64,000 bases of DNA from Candidatus Dormiibacterota bacterium (GTDB taxonomy: Bacteria > Chloroflexota > Dormibacteria > Aeolococcales > Aeolococcaceae). The position numbers and the translations under genes were made by a program. Shown here piece by piece: positions 46,333 through 56,264 of the stretch. The notes below the pieces were generated by a model. The model did not search any database and was not told the DNA's origin. It saw only the letters and a program-made list of their open reading frames with translations. The stretch covers positions 10,580-74,579 of the forward strand of contig JAFARE010000013.1 of NCBI GenBank assembly GCA_019245575.1, written 5' to 3'. Within the stretch, counting starts at the first letter, position 1, and the number at the start of each line of letters is the position of its first letter.

Positions 46333-46991
46333 AGGTGGCGGTCGCCGGAGCAGGCAGCGTCGGCATGGCGGTCTCGGCAGACCTCAAGGAGCACGGCCAT
46401 GACGTGCTGATCATCGAGAAAGAGCCTGACGTGGTCGACCACGGCAAGGCGCACCTCGACGTGCGGTGGGTCGTGGCCGACGCGTGCGAGGCGTCGTCGC
46501 TGCAGGCGGCGGGATTCGCCGAGATGGACGTCGTGGTGGCGGCGACCGGTGACGATGAGGACAACCTCGTCATCTCGCTGCTGGCGAAGCAGGAGTTCGC
46601 CATCCCTCGCGTCATCGCCCGTGTCAACAACTCGCGCAACCAATGGCTGTTCAACGAGGGCTGGGGCGTCGACGTCGCCGTATCGACGCCGGAGCTCTAC
46701 ACCTCGCTGGTAGAGGAGGCCGTGTCCATCGGCGCGCTCGTGCACCTGCACCGGTTCGAGGGAGGACAGTTCCACCTGGTCGGCATCACACTCGCCGGCA
46801 ACTGCCCCAGCCAGGGCAAGACGCTCAGCGACCTGCAGCTGCCTCGCGATGCGCGCGTTGTGGCGGTCATGCGCCGCGGACAGCTTCTCGTGCCCCAGCC
46901 GGACACGGTTCTGTACAGCGGCGATGAGGTGGCGATCCTCGCCAGCGTGGACGCGGAGCCGGAGCTCGCGAAGCTGCTCGTCTCGGCATGA
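46329..46991 (+). CDS. trkA: TrkA-family subunit (CeoC-like)
   Basis: AGAGSVG, ATGDDEDNLV, WGVDVAVSTP, TrkA_C domain. Confidence 0.9.
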   Translation: MKVAVAGAGSVGMAVSADLKEHGHDVLIIEKEPDVVDHGKAHLDVRWVVADACEASSLQAAGFAEMDVVVAATGDDEDNLVISLLAKQEFAIPRVIARVNNSRNQWLFNEGWGVDVAVSTPELYTSLVEEAVSIGALVHLHRFEGGQFHLVGITLAGNCPSQGKTLSDLQLPRDARVVAVMRRGQLLVPQPDTVLYSGDEVAILASVDAEPELAKLLVSA

Positions 46992-47000
46992 GATAGGGCG

Positions 47001-49370
47001 GTGACGCAGACAGCCGCCGAGGGCCAGAGCCCGCTCGCCCCCGAGGCGCCGATCTCCGTCGACAGCTCGCGCTATCCGGAGTCGTGGTCGTACCGCCTCA
47101 AGAACCTGCTGCTGGGGCGGCCATTGGTCTCCGAGCAGCTGAGCCAGCAGAAGCTGTCGAAGAAGATCGCCTTCGGCGTGCTCGCACCGGACATGATCTC
47201 GTCGTCCGCGTACGGCACGGAGGAGACGCTCATCTACATGGTGCCGATCATCGGGATCGGAGCCTTCACCATGATCATCCCGCTGACGCTGGCGATCATC
47301 GCGGTTCTCTTCTTCGTGACGCTCTCCTACCTGCAGGTGATCGGCGTGTACACCAAGGTGGGTGGCTCCTACGTCGTGGCGCGCGACAACTTCGGTCCGC
47401 GCGTGGCACAGATTGCCGCGGTGGCGCTGCTCATCGACTACATCGTGACCGTCGCCGTCCAGACGTCCGCGGGAACCGCTGCCCTGACGTCCGTGTTCCC
47501 GGTCCTCGTGCCCGCCACTGTGTGGATCACGGTGGGCGTGACCCTCCTGATGTTCTACGGCAACCTGCGAGGCATCCGCGAAGCGGGCAAGATATTCGCC
47601 TTTCCCACGTACTTCTTCGTCGCTGCGCTCGGCCTCGTCGTGGTGACCGGTCTGGTCAAGGGAGCGCTGGGCATGCTGCACCCGGTTCCGCTGCCGAGCG
47701 CGAAGGTGCTCGGCTTCTCTCAGGTGGGGACGCCGAACCACAACGATTGGCTGCTCGGGCTCGGCATCTTCTACGTGCTCAAGTCGTTCGCGAACGGTGG
47801 CGTCTCGCTGACCGGCCTCGAGGCCGTCTCGAACACGGTGGCCGTCTTTCGCAAGCCGGTGGCGCGCAACGCGCGCATCACGCTGGCCGTCATGTGCGCC
47901 ACGCTGGGCTTCCTGGTCCTGGGGACGTCGCTGCTCGCCCACTGGACTCAGGCGGTGCCGTACTCGTCCGGCAGCCCCACGGTGGTGTCGCAGGAAGTTC
48001 GGGCCGTCGTGGGTTCCACCGGCATCGGCGGCGTGATCTTCTTCCTGGTCCAGATGTCCACCGTGCTGATCCTGCTCACCGGGGGCAACACCAGCTTCAA
48101 CGGCTTCCCCTACCTCGCGAGCTTCGTCGCCGCTGACTCCTTTCTGCCGCGCCAGCTGACCAAGCGCGGCCACCGGCTCGCGTTCTCCAACGGCATCTTC
48201 GTGCTCACAGCCGTCGCCGTGCTGCTGATCATCGTGTTCCAGGCGAACCTCACCGCATTGGTCGGCCTCTACGCCATCGGCGTGTTCACGGGCTTCACGC
48301 TTTCCGGTCTGGGGCTGACCAAGCACCACCTGCGGGAGCGAACCGGACGCTGGCGTTCTGGTGTCGTCGTCAACGCGTTTGCCGCGACGCTCTGCATCGC
48401 CGTGGTCGGCATCCTGCTGGTGACGAAGTTCCTCGAGGGCGCCTGGATCATCGTCCTCGTCGGGCCGCTCATGTACTTCGCGCTGCTACGCCTCCATGGG
48501 CAGTACACGCAGGAGGAAGAGCTGCTCGAGCGCGGAGCGGTTCGCGCCACGGAGGCGCCGGTGCTGCGACGGCATGTCGTCGTGGTGCTCATCGACGAGC
48601 TCGACAACTCCTCTGCTCGCGCGATCCAGTACGCGCGCAGCCTGCGGCTCGACGAGATTCGCATCGTGCACTTCAACATCGACGAGAGCAAGCGCGAGCG
48701 CTTGCAGCACGAGTGGAGCCGGCTCGGTCTGGCGCGCCTGGCGCTGGACATTGTCGAGTGCCGCGACCGCCGCATCGACCGCGCCGCGCTCGAGTATGTC
48801 GCCGCGATCGTCGCCGACGCACAGACGGAGTGCACCGTGCTGCTTCCGCGGCGCGCCTTCGGCTCGCGGCTGCAGTGGATCCTGCACGATCGAACGGCGG
48901 ACCGCATCGCTGACGCGGTGGAGGCAGTGCCGCACGTCTCGGCGACGATCGTGCCCTTCGCCGTCGCCGCAGTTCGCAAGCGACGCCGCAGGATCCTGCG
49001 CCGTGGTGTCCCCATCGGCCCGCGCGGCGCGCAGCTGAAAGCGGCGCTGATGACCACCGAGCTGGATCGCGCGCTGGCGCAACGCGCGAGCGGGACCACG
49101 CGTATCGAGGAGGTGCGCTGGCGCCGGCGCGCAACTGTGGCCGGACGCATCAAGTCGATGCGCGTGCAGACGGCGAAGGGCACGCAGAACCTCGAGGGCG
49201 TGATCACCGACGACACCGGCGACCTGCTGCTCGTGTTCCAGGGGCGCCCCCAGATTCCCGGCATCGTTCCGGGGGCGCGGCTCATCGCCGAGGGCATGGT
49301 CGGGGCGTGGCAGGGGCGCCTCGCGATCCTCAACCCCGATTACGAGCTGGTGGCGGGTCCGGCGGATTGA
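47001..49370 (+). CDS. APC family permease (KimA/YdaO-like) fused to C-terminal OB-fold domain
   Basis: DMISSSAY, GGSYVVARDN, LTGLEAVSN, GHRLAFSNG; C-terminal DDTG...F.GR..IPGI.PG...G...ILNPDYEL. Confidence 0.88.
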   Translation: MTQTAAEGQSPLAPEAPISVDSSRYPESWSYRLKNLLLGRPLVSEQLSQQKLSKKIAFGVLAPDMISSSAYGTEETLIYMVPIIGIGAFTMIIPLTLAIIAVLFFVTLSYLQVIGVYTKVGGSYVVARDNFGPRVAQIAAVALLIDYIVTVAVQTSAGTAALTSVFPVLVPATVWITVGVTLLMFYGNLRGIREAGKIFAFPTYFFVAALGLVVVTGLVKGALGMLHPVPLPSAKVLGFSQVGTPNHNDWLLGLGIFYVLKSFANGGVSLTGLEAVSNTVAVFRKPVARNARITLAVMCATLGFLVLGTSLLAHWTQAVPYSSGSPTVVSQEVRAVVGSTGIGGVIFFLVQMSTVLILLTGGNTSFNGFPYLASFVAADSFLPRQLTKRGHRLAFSNGIFVLTAVAVLLIIVFQANLTALVGLYAIGVFTGFTLSGLGLTKHHLRERTGRWRSGVVVNAFAATLCIAVVGILLVTKFLEGAWIIVLVGPLMYFALLRLHGQYTQEEELLERGAVRATEAPVLRRHVVVVLIDELDNSSARAIQYARSLRLDEIRIVHFNIDESKRERLQHEWSRLGLARLALDIVECRDRRIDRAALEYVAAIVADAQTECTVLLPRRAFGSRLQWILHDRTADRIADAVEAVPHVSATIVPFAVAAVRKRRRRILRRGVPIGPRGAQLKAALMTTELDRALAQRASGTTRIEEVRWRRRATVAGRIKSMRVQTAKGTQNLEGVITDDTGDLLLVFQGRPQIPGIVPGARLIAEGMVGAWQGRLAILNPDYELVAGPAD

Positions 49371-49380
49371 TCGCAACCGG

Positions 49381-50496
49381 GTGAACATCGCCGACAGCCT
49401 CAAGGTCGCGGCCGGCGCGGTCATCGTCTTGTCGACGCTGTACGACGTCTTCCAGGGAGTGGTGCTGCCCCGGCCGGCGGTGGGCCGGTTCCGCCTCGGG
49501 CGCTGGCTGGTGCGCCTGGGATGGAAGGCCTGGCGCGCCGTCGCGGAGCGTCCCGGGCGCGTGCGGATCCGCGAAGCCGCGCTGGCGGCGTACGCCCCGA
49601 GCATGGTCGTCGCGCTGCTGGTCACGTGGGCTGTGGCGCTCGTGCTCGGTTACGCGCTCATGTACAGCGGGCTGCACGACGGCCTGCATCCCGCGCCCGG
49701 GTCATTCGGCGCGGCGATCTACTTCTCCGCGGGGCGGATGCTCGCGTTCCCCGCCGCGTCCATCGAAGCCACCGGACTGGCGACGCCGCTGCTCACCAGC
49801 GTGGAAGCGGCGACCGGATTCGGGCTCTTCGCGCTCGTCATCAGCCTGCTGTTCTCGCTGGTCACGTCGTTCCAGCGGCGCGAGACCGCGGTGGTGGCGC
49901 TCGAGGGCCTGGCCGGCGCCCCGCCATCCGGCGTGCAGCTCCTCGAGACGTGCGCGAAATTCCAGATGCCGCAGCACCTCGAGGCCACGTTCGAAACCTG
50001 GCGCGTGTGGACGGCCGACGTGCTCGAGAGCCACCTGTCGTATCCGCTCCTGTTCTACTTCCGCTCCAGCCACGACAACGACGCGTGGCCGAACTCGTTC
50101 GGCGCCGTGATGGACGCCGCGGTGCTCGTGATGAGCGTGGTGAAGAGCGGCCCGCAGGGCCCCGCGCACCTCATGTACAAGGTCGGGGTCCACTTCGCCG
50201 AAGACATGCGCCAGACGTTGGGCTTCGACTACGAATCCGCAGCCGGGGTTGAGGAGAGCGAATTTCTCGAAGCGTGCTTTCGTCTGCAGCGCGCGGGCTA
50301 CGACCTGCGCGACATGGACTCCGGCTGGGAGGAGTTCAGGCGGCTGCGCAGCAGCTACGGCACGTGGCTCAACCTGGTGGCGCGGGCGCTCGCGGTGCAG
50401 CCCGCGCCGTGGATCGGCGACCGCTCCTACCTGCCGCACCGCGACGGCGCGTGGGCGGGCCAGGCCGGCTCGCACCCCGCGCAGCCGGCGCTGTGA
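49381..50496 (+). CDS. Ion-channel family (potassium channel-like) membrane protein
   Basis: 2-TM plus pore-like layout; EAATGFG, FQRRE, LESHLSYPLLFYFRS. Confidence 0.75.
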   Translation: MNIADSLKVAAGAVIVLSTLYDVFQGVVLPRPAVGRFRLGRWLVRLGWKAWRAVAERPGRVRIREAALAAYAPSMVVALLVTWAVALVLGYALMYSGLHDGLHPAPGSFGAAIYFSAGRMLAFPAASIEATGLATPLLTSVEAATGFGLFALVISLLFSLVTSFQRRETAVVALEGLAGAPPSGVQLLETCAKFQMPQHLEATFETWRVWTADVLESHLSYPLLFYFRSSHDNDAWPNSFGAVMDAAVLVMSVVKSGPQGPAHLMYKVGVHFAEDMRQTLGFDYESAAGVEESEFLEACFRLQRAGYDLRDMDSGWEEFRRLRSSYGTWLNLVARALAVQPAPWIGDRSYLPHRDGAWAGQAGSHPAQPAL

Positions 50497-50560
50497 GGGC
50501 GCTGATTCATACCGCTGGGGGATGGCGCCGTCGCCGTGAGCGCGCCTAGCCTTACGGACC

Positions 50561-51142
50561 GTGCGCGCAACGCTCGTGTGTTTCGCGGCGGCGCTGCTCG
50601 TCGCATGCGGACAGTCGGTGACCAATGCGCCGCACACGCAGTCCCCGGCGTCGTCGCACCAGGCGCAGGCGGCCGGACCGGCGCTCACCGGCAGCGTGCA
50701 AGTGAGCGAAGCGTCGCAGCTCGATGCGCAGTTTCGCGTGCCCCTCAGCGCCGTGCCGGGGTCGAATGCGCACACCACGTGCGCGCAGTTTGCCCAGGGA
50801 ACCGCAGGCTCGTTCACCGCTCCGGTCTTCGACGTCAAGGTGAGCGACCACAGCGTGTACTTCGATGCCGTTGTCTCGTCCGGCTACCAGGGCCCGGGGA
50901 CCTACAGCAGCGCGACCCAGCCGTCGATCACCGGGACGGTCGCCATCGCCGTGGGGACCGATGCCGGCCAGCAGCCGACCACCAGCATCTACCGCTCGCG
51001 CATCAACGGCCAGTCGTTGATGCTGGTGCGCCCCGACGGGTCCGGCATGTTCCAATTCACGACGTGGGGCAGCGACGAGGTGCGCGGCGACACCGGCAGC
51101 GCCGCATACGTCAGCGGGACTGTCAGCTGGACCTGCAGCTGA
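50561..51142 (+). CDS. Lipoprotein of unknown function
   Basis: Lipobox LVAC; YQGPGTY, VRPDGSG, SGTVSWTC. Confidence 0.75.
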   Translation: MRATLVCFAAALLVACGQSVTNAPHTQSPASSHQAQAAGPALTGSVQVSEASQLDAQFRVPLSAVPGSNAHTTCAQFAQGTAGSFTAPVFDVKVSDHSVYFDAVVSSGYQGPGTYSSATQPSITGTVAIAVGTDAGQQPTTSIYRSRINGQSLMLVRPDGSGMFQFTTWGSDEVRGDTGSAAYVSGTVSWTCS

Positions 51143-51152
51143 CGCGCCGCCG

Positions 51153-52091
51153 TTGACCGAGCGATCTCTCGCGCAGCTGCGCAAGCTTGCTGCCGAGCTG
51201 CGCTATCGCAGCGACGCGCGCAGCCCGCAGACCAAGCGGATGAACCCCTCGCACACGTGGACATTCCACGACAGGAGCGAGGCGGACAAGATGCTCGAGG
51301 CCGGCATCGCGTTCCTGGCCGACTACCAGGCGCGGCTGGCCGCGCAGGACGTGTATGGGCTGCTGCTCGTGCTCCAGGGCCTCGACGCTTCAGGCAAGGA
51401 CGGCGTGGTCAAGCACGTGATGAGCGGTGTCAACCCGCAGGGCGTGTCGGTGCACCCCTTCAAGGAGCCGTCCGCCGAGGAGCTCAACCACGATTTTCTC
51501 TGGCGCTATGCCGGCCGCGCTCCGGCGCGTGGATCCATCGCGATCTTCAATCGCTCGCACTACGAGGAGGTGCTCGTGGTGCGCGTCCACCCGGAGCTGC
51601 TGGAGCGCGAGCGCGTGCCGCCGGAGGCCCAGCGCCGCGACATCTGGAACATGCGCTTCGAGCAGATCAACGACTGGGAGCGCCACCTGGTGGACGACGG
51701 CATACGCGTGGTGAAGGTCTTCCTGAATGTCTCCAGGGAGGAGCAGCGGCAGCGCTTCCTGGCACGCATCGACGACGCCGAGAAGAACTGGAAGTTCTCG
51801 ACCGCGGACGTGCGCGAGCGCGCGCACTGGGATGCGTACCAACGCGCATATCGCGACATGCTGCGCCGCACGAGCACGGCGTGGGCGCCATGGCATGTGG
51901 TCCCCGCCGACCACAAGTGGTTTGCCCGCGTCGCGGTCGCTGCCCTGGTCGTCGACGCCCTGGCGAGCATCAACCCGCAGTATCCTCGGCTGCGGCGCGG
52001 CGCTCGCACGGAGCTGCTGCGCGTTCGGGAGCAGCTGCTCGCGGAAGGCACGAACGCCACGGCGCGAGGCCGAGCGCGGAGGGGTGTCTGA
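51153..52091 (+). CDS. ppk2: Polyphosphate kinase 2 family (class III-like)
   Basis: QGLDASGKDG, FNRSHYEEVLVVRVHP, KNWKFS, VPADHKW. Confidence 0.92.
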   Translation: MTERSLAQLRKLAAELRYRSDARSPQTKRMNPSHTWTFHDRSEADKMLEAGIAFLADYQARLAAQDVYGLLLVLQGLDASGKDGVVKHVMSGVNPQGVSVHPFKEPSAEELNHDFLWRYAGRAPARGSIAIFNRSHYEEVLVVRVHPELLERERVPPEAQRRDIWNMRFEQINDWERHLVDDGIRVVKVFLNVSREEQRQRFLARIDDAEKNWKFSTADVRERAHWDAYQRAYRDMLRRTSTAWAPWHVVPADHKWFARVAVAALVVDALASINPQYPRLRRGARTELLRVREQLLAEGTNATARGRARRGV

Positions 52092-52140
52092 GCAAGCGGA
52101 TGTGTGCATCCACCCTCTCGCTGCTGCCATCATCGCGACC

Positions 52141-52641
52141 GTGCAGTACCTCGAGATCCCCCGCGATGCCGACGAGCGGACGACGCTGACGGCATTCCTC
52201 GACTGGCAGCGCGAGACGCTGGCCCGCAAGTGCGAAGGCGTGGATGAGGCCGGGCTCAAGCGGCAGGCCGCGCCGCCCTCCAACCTCACGCTGCTGGGAC
52301 TCGTGCGCCACATGGCCGAGGTGGAGCGCGGATGGTTTCGCCGGACCGTCGCGGGCGAGGAGGTGCCGGACATCTACTCGCCGGATGGGGAAGGAGACCT
52401 GGACTTCACCGACCTCGACTCCGTGCCGGTGGATGTGGCATTCGACAACTGGCACGAGGAGTGCCGGCGATCACGCGACATCGCTGCCGCGCACGAGCTC
52501 GACGACGTGGGCATTCAGCGCACCGGACGGCGAGTATCGCTCCGCTGGGTGCTGATCCACATGGTGGAGGAGTACTCGCGCCACAACGGGCACGCCGATC
52601 TGCTCCGTGAGAGCGTCGACGGCGCCACCGGCTACGACTGA
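52141..52641 (+). CDS. DinB/DUF664 family protein
   Basis: FLDWQRETL, LLGLVRHMAEVERGWF, HMVEEYSRHNGHADLLRE. Confidence 0.9.
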   Translation: MQYLEIPRDADERTTLTAFLDWQRETLARKCEGVDEAGLKRQAAPPSNLTLLGLVRHMAEVERGWFRRTVAGEEVPDIYSPDGEGDLDFTDLDSVPVDVAFDNWHEECRRSRDIAAAHELDDVGIQRTGRRVSLRWVLIHMVEEYSRHNGHADLLRESVDGATGYD

Positions 52642-53381
52642 CGGTCGAGCCGGCGCTCGAAGAAGTCCCAGACGCGCTGCCAGCCATCGTTGGCAGCCAC
52701 GACGCGATAGCTGGGCCGGTCGACCGCAAAGAACGCGTGGCCCGCGCCGTCGTAGCTGTGGAACTCGTGCTCCTTCGACGCCTCCGTGAGCGCGCGGTCG
52801 AGCGTGGCCACCGCGTCCTGCGAGGGATGCGTGTCCTCCACGCCGAACAGGCCGAGGACGGGGCAGCGCAGCTCGCCGACCCGGTCGAGCAGCGGCTGGC
52901 GCCGGATCGGTGAGTCGGGCGGTGGCGATTCGGCGATGAACGCTCCGTAGCACACCACCGCGGCCTGGACGTCGAGCGACAGCGCCGCCAGGAAGGACTG
53001 ACGGCCGCCGGAGCAGTAGCCGATGCACGCGTTGCGCGCGCGTGCGGACGGTTGCGCCCGCAGCCACTCGAGCGCGGCCGCCGCGTCACCGAGAAACTGC
53101 TCATCCGGCGTGCCGCCGGCGGCGCGAGCGGCTGCCGCCTGCTCCTCGGGTGCGGCGCCGGGGCCATGGCGATGGTGCAGGTTGGGACAGATCGCGTTGT
53201 ATCCATGAGCGGCGAACCGCCGCGCGATCTCCTTCGATGCGGGGTCCCAGCCGGGCATGTGATGAATGACCAGCACGCCGGCGCGCGCGGGCTGCCCCTC
53301 CGGCGTGGCCGCATACGCGGCGATCTCATGTCCGCCGTAACCGCGTAGCGAGATCTGCTCAGCGCGCAGTGCCCCATCCAT
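52632..53381 (-). CDS. Dienelactone hydrolase family protein
   Basis: VIHHMPG, GYCSGG, AGHAF. Confidence 0.9.
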   Translation of the reverse strand: MDGALRAEQISLRGYGGHEIAAYAATPEGQPARAGVLVIHHMPGWDPASKEIARRFAAHGYNAICPNLHHRHGPGAAPEEQAAAARAAGGTPDEQFLGDAAAALEWLRAQPSARARNACIGYCSGGRQSFLAALSLDVQAAVVCYGAFIAESPPPDSPIRRQPLLDRVGELRCPVLGLFGVEDTHPSQDAVATLDRALTEASKEHEFHSYDGAGHAFFAVDRPSYRVVAANDGWQRVWDFFERRLDRQS

Positions 53382-53396
53382 CCGGGTCCTCCTGTG

Positions 53397-55172
53397 TCAA
53401 GACGCAGCCGCGACCGGCACGGGCACATAGCGAGCGTCCAGCGCGCCGGCCAGCGTTCGGTGCGCAGCAGCTGCACCGATAACAGCACAACGCGCGACGT
53501 CCACGCCGTGACGCCGCGCGAATGCCAGCGGCAGACCCGGCAGGGGCGGACGGCACCAGCACACGGGCGGCCCGGGCGCATGAGCGCACAACGAGGCTTC
53601 GACTGCGCCGCTCACGACCGCCGTGACGCGCGACGCCGCGATGTCCAGCTGCGCGCGGGCTCCGTCCGGGCTCCAGTCGAACACGAGGTGCGGCGCTGCC
53701 GGGTCGCACGCGCGCAGCGCATCCGCCACGTGGCCGCCGGCCGCCGCGGCGGCGGCGACGATGACGCCGGCGCCACCGTCTGCGGAGGCTCGCGCAAACG
53801 CCCTGCGCTCCACACTGTCGAATCCCTCGTCCATCGACGGCGGCTCGAGCTCTCGCTGTGTGCGCATGTGCGACGCCGGGCTCAGCAAGCCCGGCTCGAA
53901 GCGCGACAGCGTGCGGATCTCGCCGGGCTCGGGCAGGCGCCCGATGCGGTCGAGAAAGCGCAGCACGACGTTGACCTGCGCCTGTGCCAGTGGCGTGTCC
54001 ATCCAGATGCAGCGGACTGGCACGCCGTGCCGGCGCGCCGCGTCAATCACGTGGCTGCGCGAGGCGCGCGTGAGGTAAGTGTTGTCGAGGACCGCGTGCC
54101 GGCACCCTGCGCCGAGAGCCTCGTCCAGCGCGGCGGCGATGTCGCGCAGCGAGCCGCCTGACGCGTCGCGATTGAGGCGTGCGTGACCGCGCGCGGCGTA
54201 CTCCAGGGCGATGCGCTCCTTCCCGGCGCCCGGGATGCCCATGACCACGATGACCTCGCCCTCCACCGCCGTCCGGTGCGGTGCGGCGGTGGGACGCGCG
54301 GCATCGAACGTGCGGGCGAGCGTCTGCTGCTCCGCGGCGGACAGCACGAGGCTCGCGGCGCGCGCCGCGGACCGGGCCGTGGCGGGACGGCGCGCGCCGA
54401 CGACCGGGACGATGGTGCGAGACAGCTGCACCAGCCATGCCAGCGCAACCTCGTGCACGGTCGCGCCGTGTTCCGCGGCGACTGCGAGCAGCGTGCTCTG
54501 ACGGGCCAGGGTGCGGGCGCGGCGCACTCCGCCGAGGGGCGAGTGCGCCATGAATGCGATGTCGCGCTCCTCGCACCGCTCGACCAGGCCGCCGCGGACG
54601 GCCCGCGTGTCAACCACGCTCAGCGCCACCTGGATTGCCGACACGCCGACGATGTCCAGCGCCTGGTCGAGCTGCGCGCGGTTGACGTTGGAGACGCCGA
54701 CGCGCCGCACCATCCCCTCGTCGAGCAGCCGTCGCAGCGCGCGCACGGACGTCGTCCACGGTGTGCGCGGATCCGGCGCATGCAGCAGGTACACGTCGAT
54801 GTCCAGGCCGTCGAGCGCCGCGAGGCTCGCCTCGCAGCCGGCGAGGATCGCGCGGGCGCGCCCGTCGGGCACCCAGCCCGCTTCGCGCCGCGACATGCCG
54901 CCCTTGGTGACGATGCGCGCGCCGCCGTGCGCATCGCAACCGCGCAGCGCTCGTGCCAGCAGCCGCTCGTTGTGGCCCATGCCCTGCTCGCCGGGACCAT
55001 ACGCGTGAGCGGTGTCGAACACCGTGATGCCGGCGGCGGCCGCCGACTCGATGGTGGCTACCGCCGCCGCGTCGTCAGCGTCTGCGTCGGTTGACATGCG
55101 CATGCAGCCCAGCGCGATGCGCATCGTGCCCGGGCCGGGCCAGCCGCGTTCCAGCGTGGGCGTGGCGTCCAC
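53397..55172 (-). CDS. Aldo/keto reductase fused to P-loop (AAA_33-like) domain and HAD-like remnant
   Basis: LGCMRMS, FDTAHAY, YLLHAPD, GVSN; GIPGAGK, VLDNT; CWCRPPLPG; start approximate. Confidence 0.82.
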   Translation of the reverse strand: MDATPTLERGWPGPGTMRIALGCMRMSTDADADDAAAVATIESAAAAGITVFDTAHAYGPGEQGMGHNERLLARALRGCDAHGGARIVTKGGMSRREAGWVPDGRARAILAGCEASLAALDGLDIDVYLLHAPDPRTPWTTSVRALRRLLDEGMVRRVGVSNVNRAQLDQALDIVGVSAIQVALSVVDTRAVRGGLVERCEERDIAFMAHSPLGGVRRARTLARQSTLLAVAAEHGATVHEVALAWLVQLSRTIVPVVGARRPATARSAARAASLVLSAAEQQTLARTFDAARPTAAPHRTAVEGEVIVVMGIPGAGKERIALEYAARGHARLNRDASGGSLRDIAAALDEALGAGCRHAVLDNTYLTRASRSHVIDAARRHGVPVRCIWMDTPLAQAQVNVVLRFLDRIGRLPEPGEIRTLSRFEPGLLSPASHMRTQRELEPPSMDEGFDSVERRAFARASADGGAGVIVAAAAAAGGHVADALRACDPAAPHLVFDWSPDGARAQLDIAASRVTAVVSGAVEASLCAHAPGPPVCWCRPPLPGLPLAFARRHGVDVARCAVIGAAAAHRTLAGALDARYVPVPVAAAS

Positions 55173-55240
55173 GTCGCGATGATCCCAGGCGTCACGGTGC
55201 CGCATCGAAAGCGGAATGAAAGGCCGCGCGTTCCAAGATA

Positions 55241-56242
55241 GTGCCGATGCCCGACCCGGAACCCCCCGACGACCCGGCGCTGCCGCCCGGCTGGGGCAGC
55301 GACGCCTCATACAGCTGGCAGGCGCCGCCATCGCCGCCACCGTGGCCGCCCGGCGGCGGCGCGGGCGGGCGGCGGATGCGCCCTCTGTTCCTCGTGCTCG
55401 CGATCGCCGGCCTCGTTCTGGTGGCGGGCGGCATCGGCGCCGCGGCCACGCTGGTCACGCGGGGCCACAGCGTTGGCACGACCGGCCCGAGCACGGCGCC
55501 CCCGTCGGCGTCCCCGAACAGCGCCGCGGCCGTGCAGGCCCGCCAGCTGTTTCAGCGGGCGCTCTCAGCGATGCGCGCCTCCAGCGGGTTCCACTACGTC
55601 GCCGTCACCAACGGCCCCGAGAGCCAGCGCATAGAAGGTGACGCCGGCCGGGACCAGGGCACCCAGCTCATCACCTTCAACTCCACGTACGGAGCCGAGC
55701 AGTTCACGCTGGTGCTGTCGAGCGGCACGGTGTACTTCCAGGGCAACGTGCCCGCGGTGCAGGATCAGCTGGGCGTCAGCGCGGCCGCGGCGCCGGGAGT
55801 CGCGGGCAAGTGGATTTCTGTGGTGCGGGGCGACGGCCCGTACAACGTCCTGCAACCCGGCATCACGGTGAGCGACCAGGCCCAGGAGACGGCGCTCGTT
55901 CCCGCGTCGACGCAGCGAGTGAGCGCGCCCGACGGCAGCGGCGCCACGCGCATCGCCGGCACGGTGCCCGCTCAGAACGGTGCGCCCGGCGGAACGGGCT
56001 ATGTCGACATTGCCACCAGCACCGGCCTGCCCCTGGAGTACGTGACCACCATCAGCGCACAGGGGGTGAGCCTCAACAGCACCGCGACCTTCAGCAGGTG
56101 GGGCAGCGCACCCACGGTGACCGTGCCCTCCGGCGCGACACCATGGTCGACGCTGGGGGCGACCACGCCACCGGGCGGCTACGGCAGCGGCGGCGGCACC
56201 GGTGGGGGTGGGCCCAGCCAGACGCCCGGGGTCAACGTCTGA
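55241..56242 (+). CDS. Membrane-anchored protein, Pro-rich N-terminus, possible LppX/LprAFG-like fold
   Basis: Pro-rich cytoplasmic tail, one TM, AGKWIS, FSRWGSAPTVTVP. Confidence 0.7.
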   Translation: MPMPDPEPPDDPALPPGWGSDASYSWQAPPSPPPWPPGGGAGGRRMRPLFLVLAIAGLVLVAGGIGAAATLVTRGHSVGTTGPSTAPPSASPNSAAAVQARQLFQRALSAMRASSGFHYVAVTNGPESQRIEGDAGRDQGTQLITFNSTYGAEQFTLVLSSGTVYFQGNVPAVQDQLGVSAAAAPGVAGKWISVVRGDGPYNVLQPGITVSDQAQETALVPASTQRVSAPDGSGATRIAGTVPAQNGAPGGTGYVDIATSTGLPLEYVTTISAQGVSLNSTATFSRWGSAPTVTVPSGATPWSTLGATTPPGGYGSGGGTGGGGPSQTPGVNV

Positions 56243-56264
56243 TCACTGAGGTGGGGCGCAGCGT

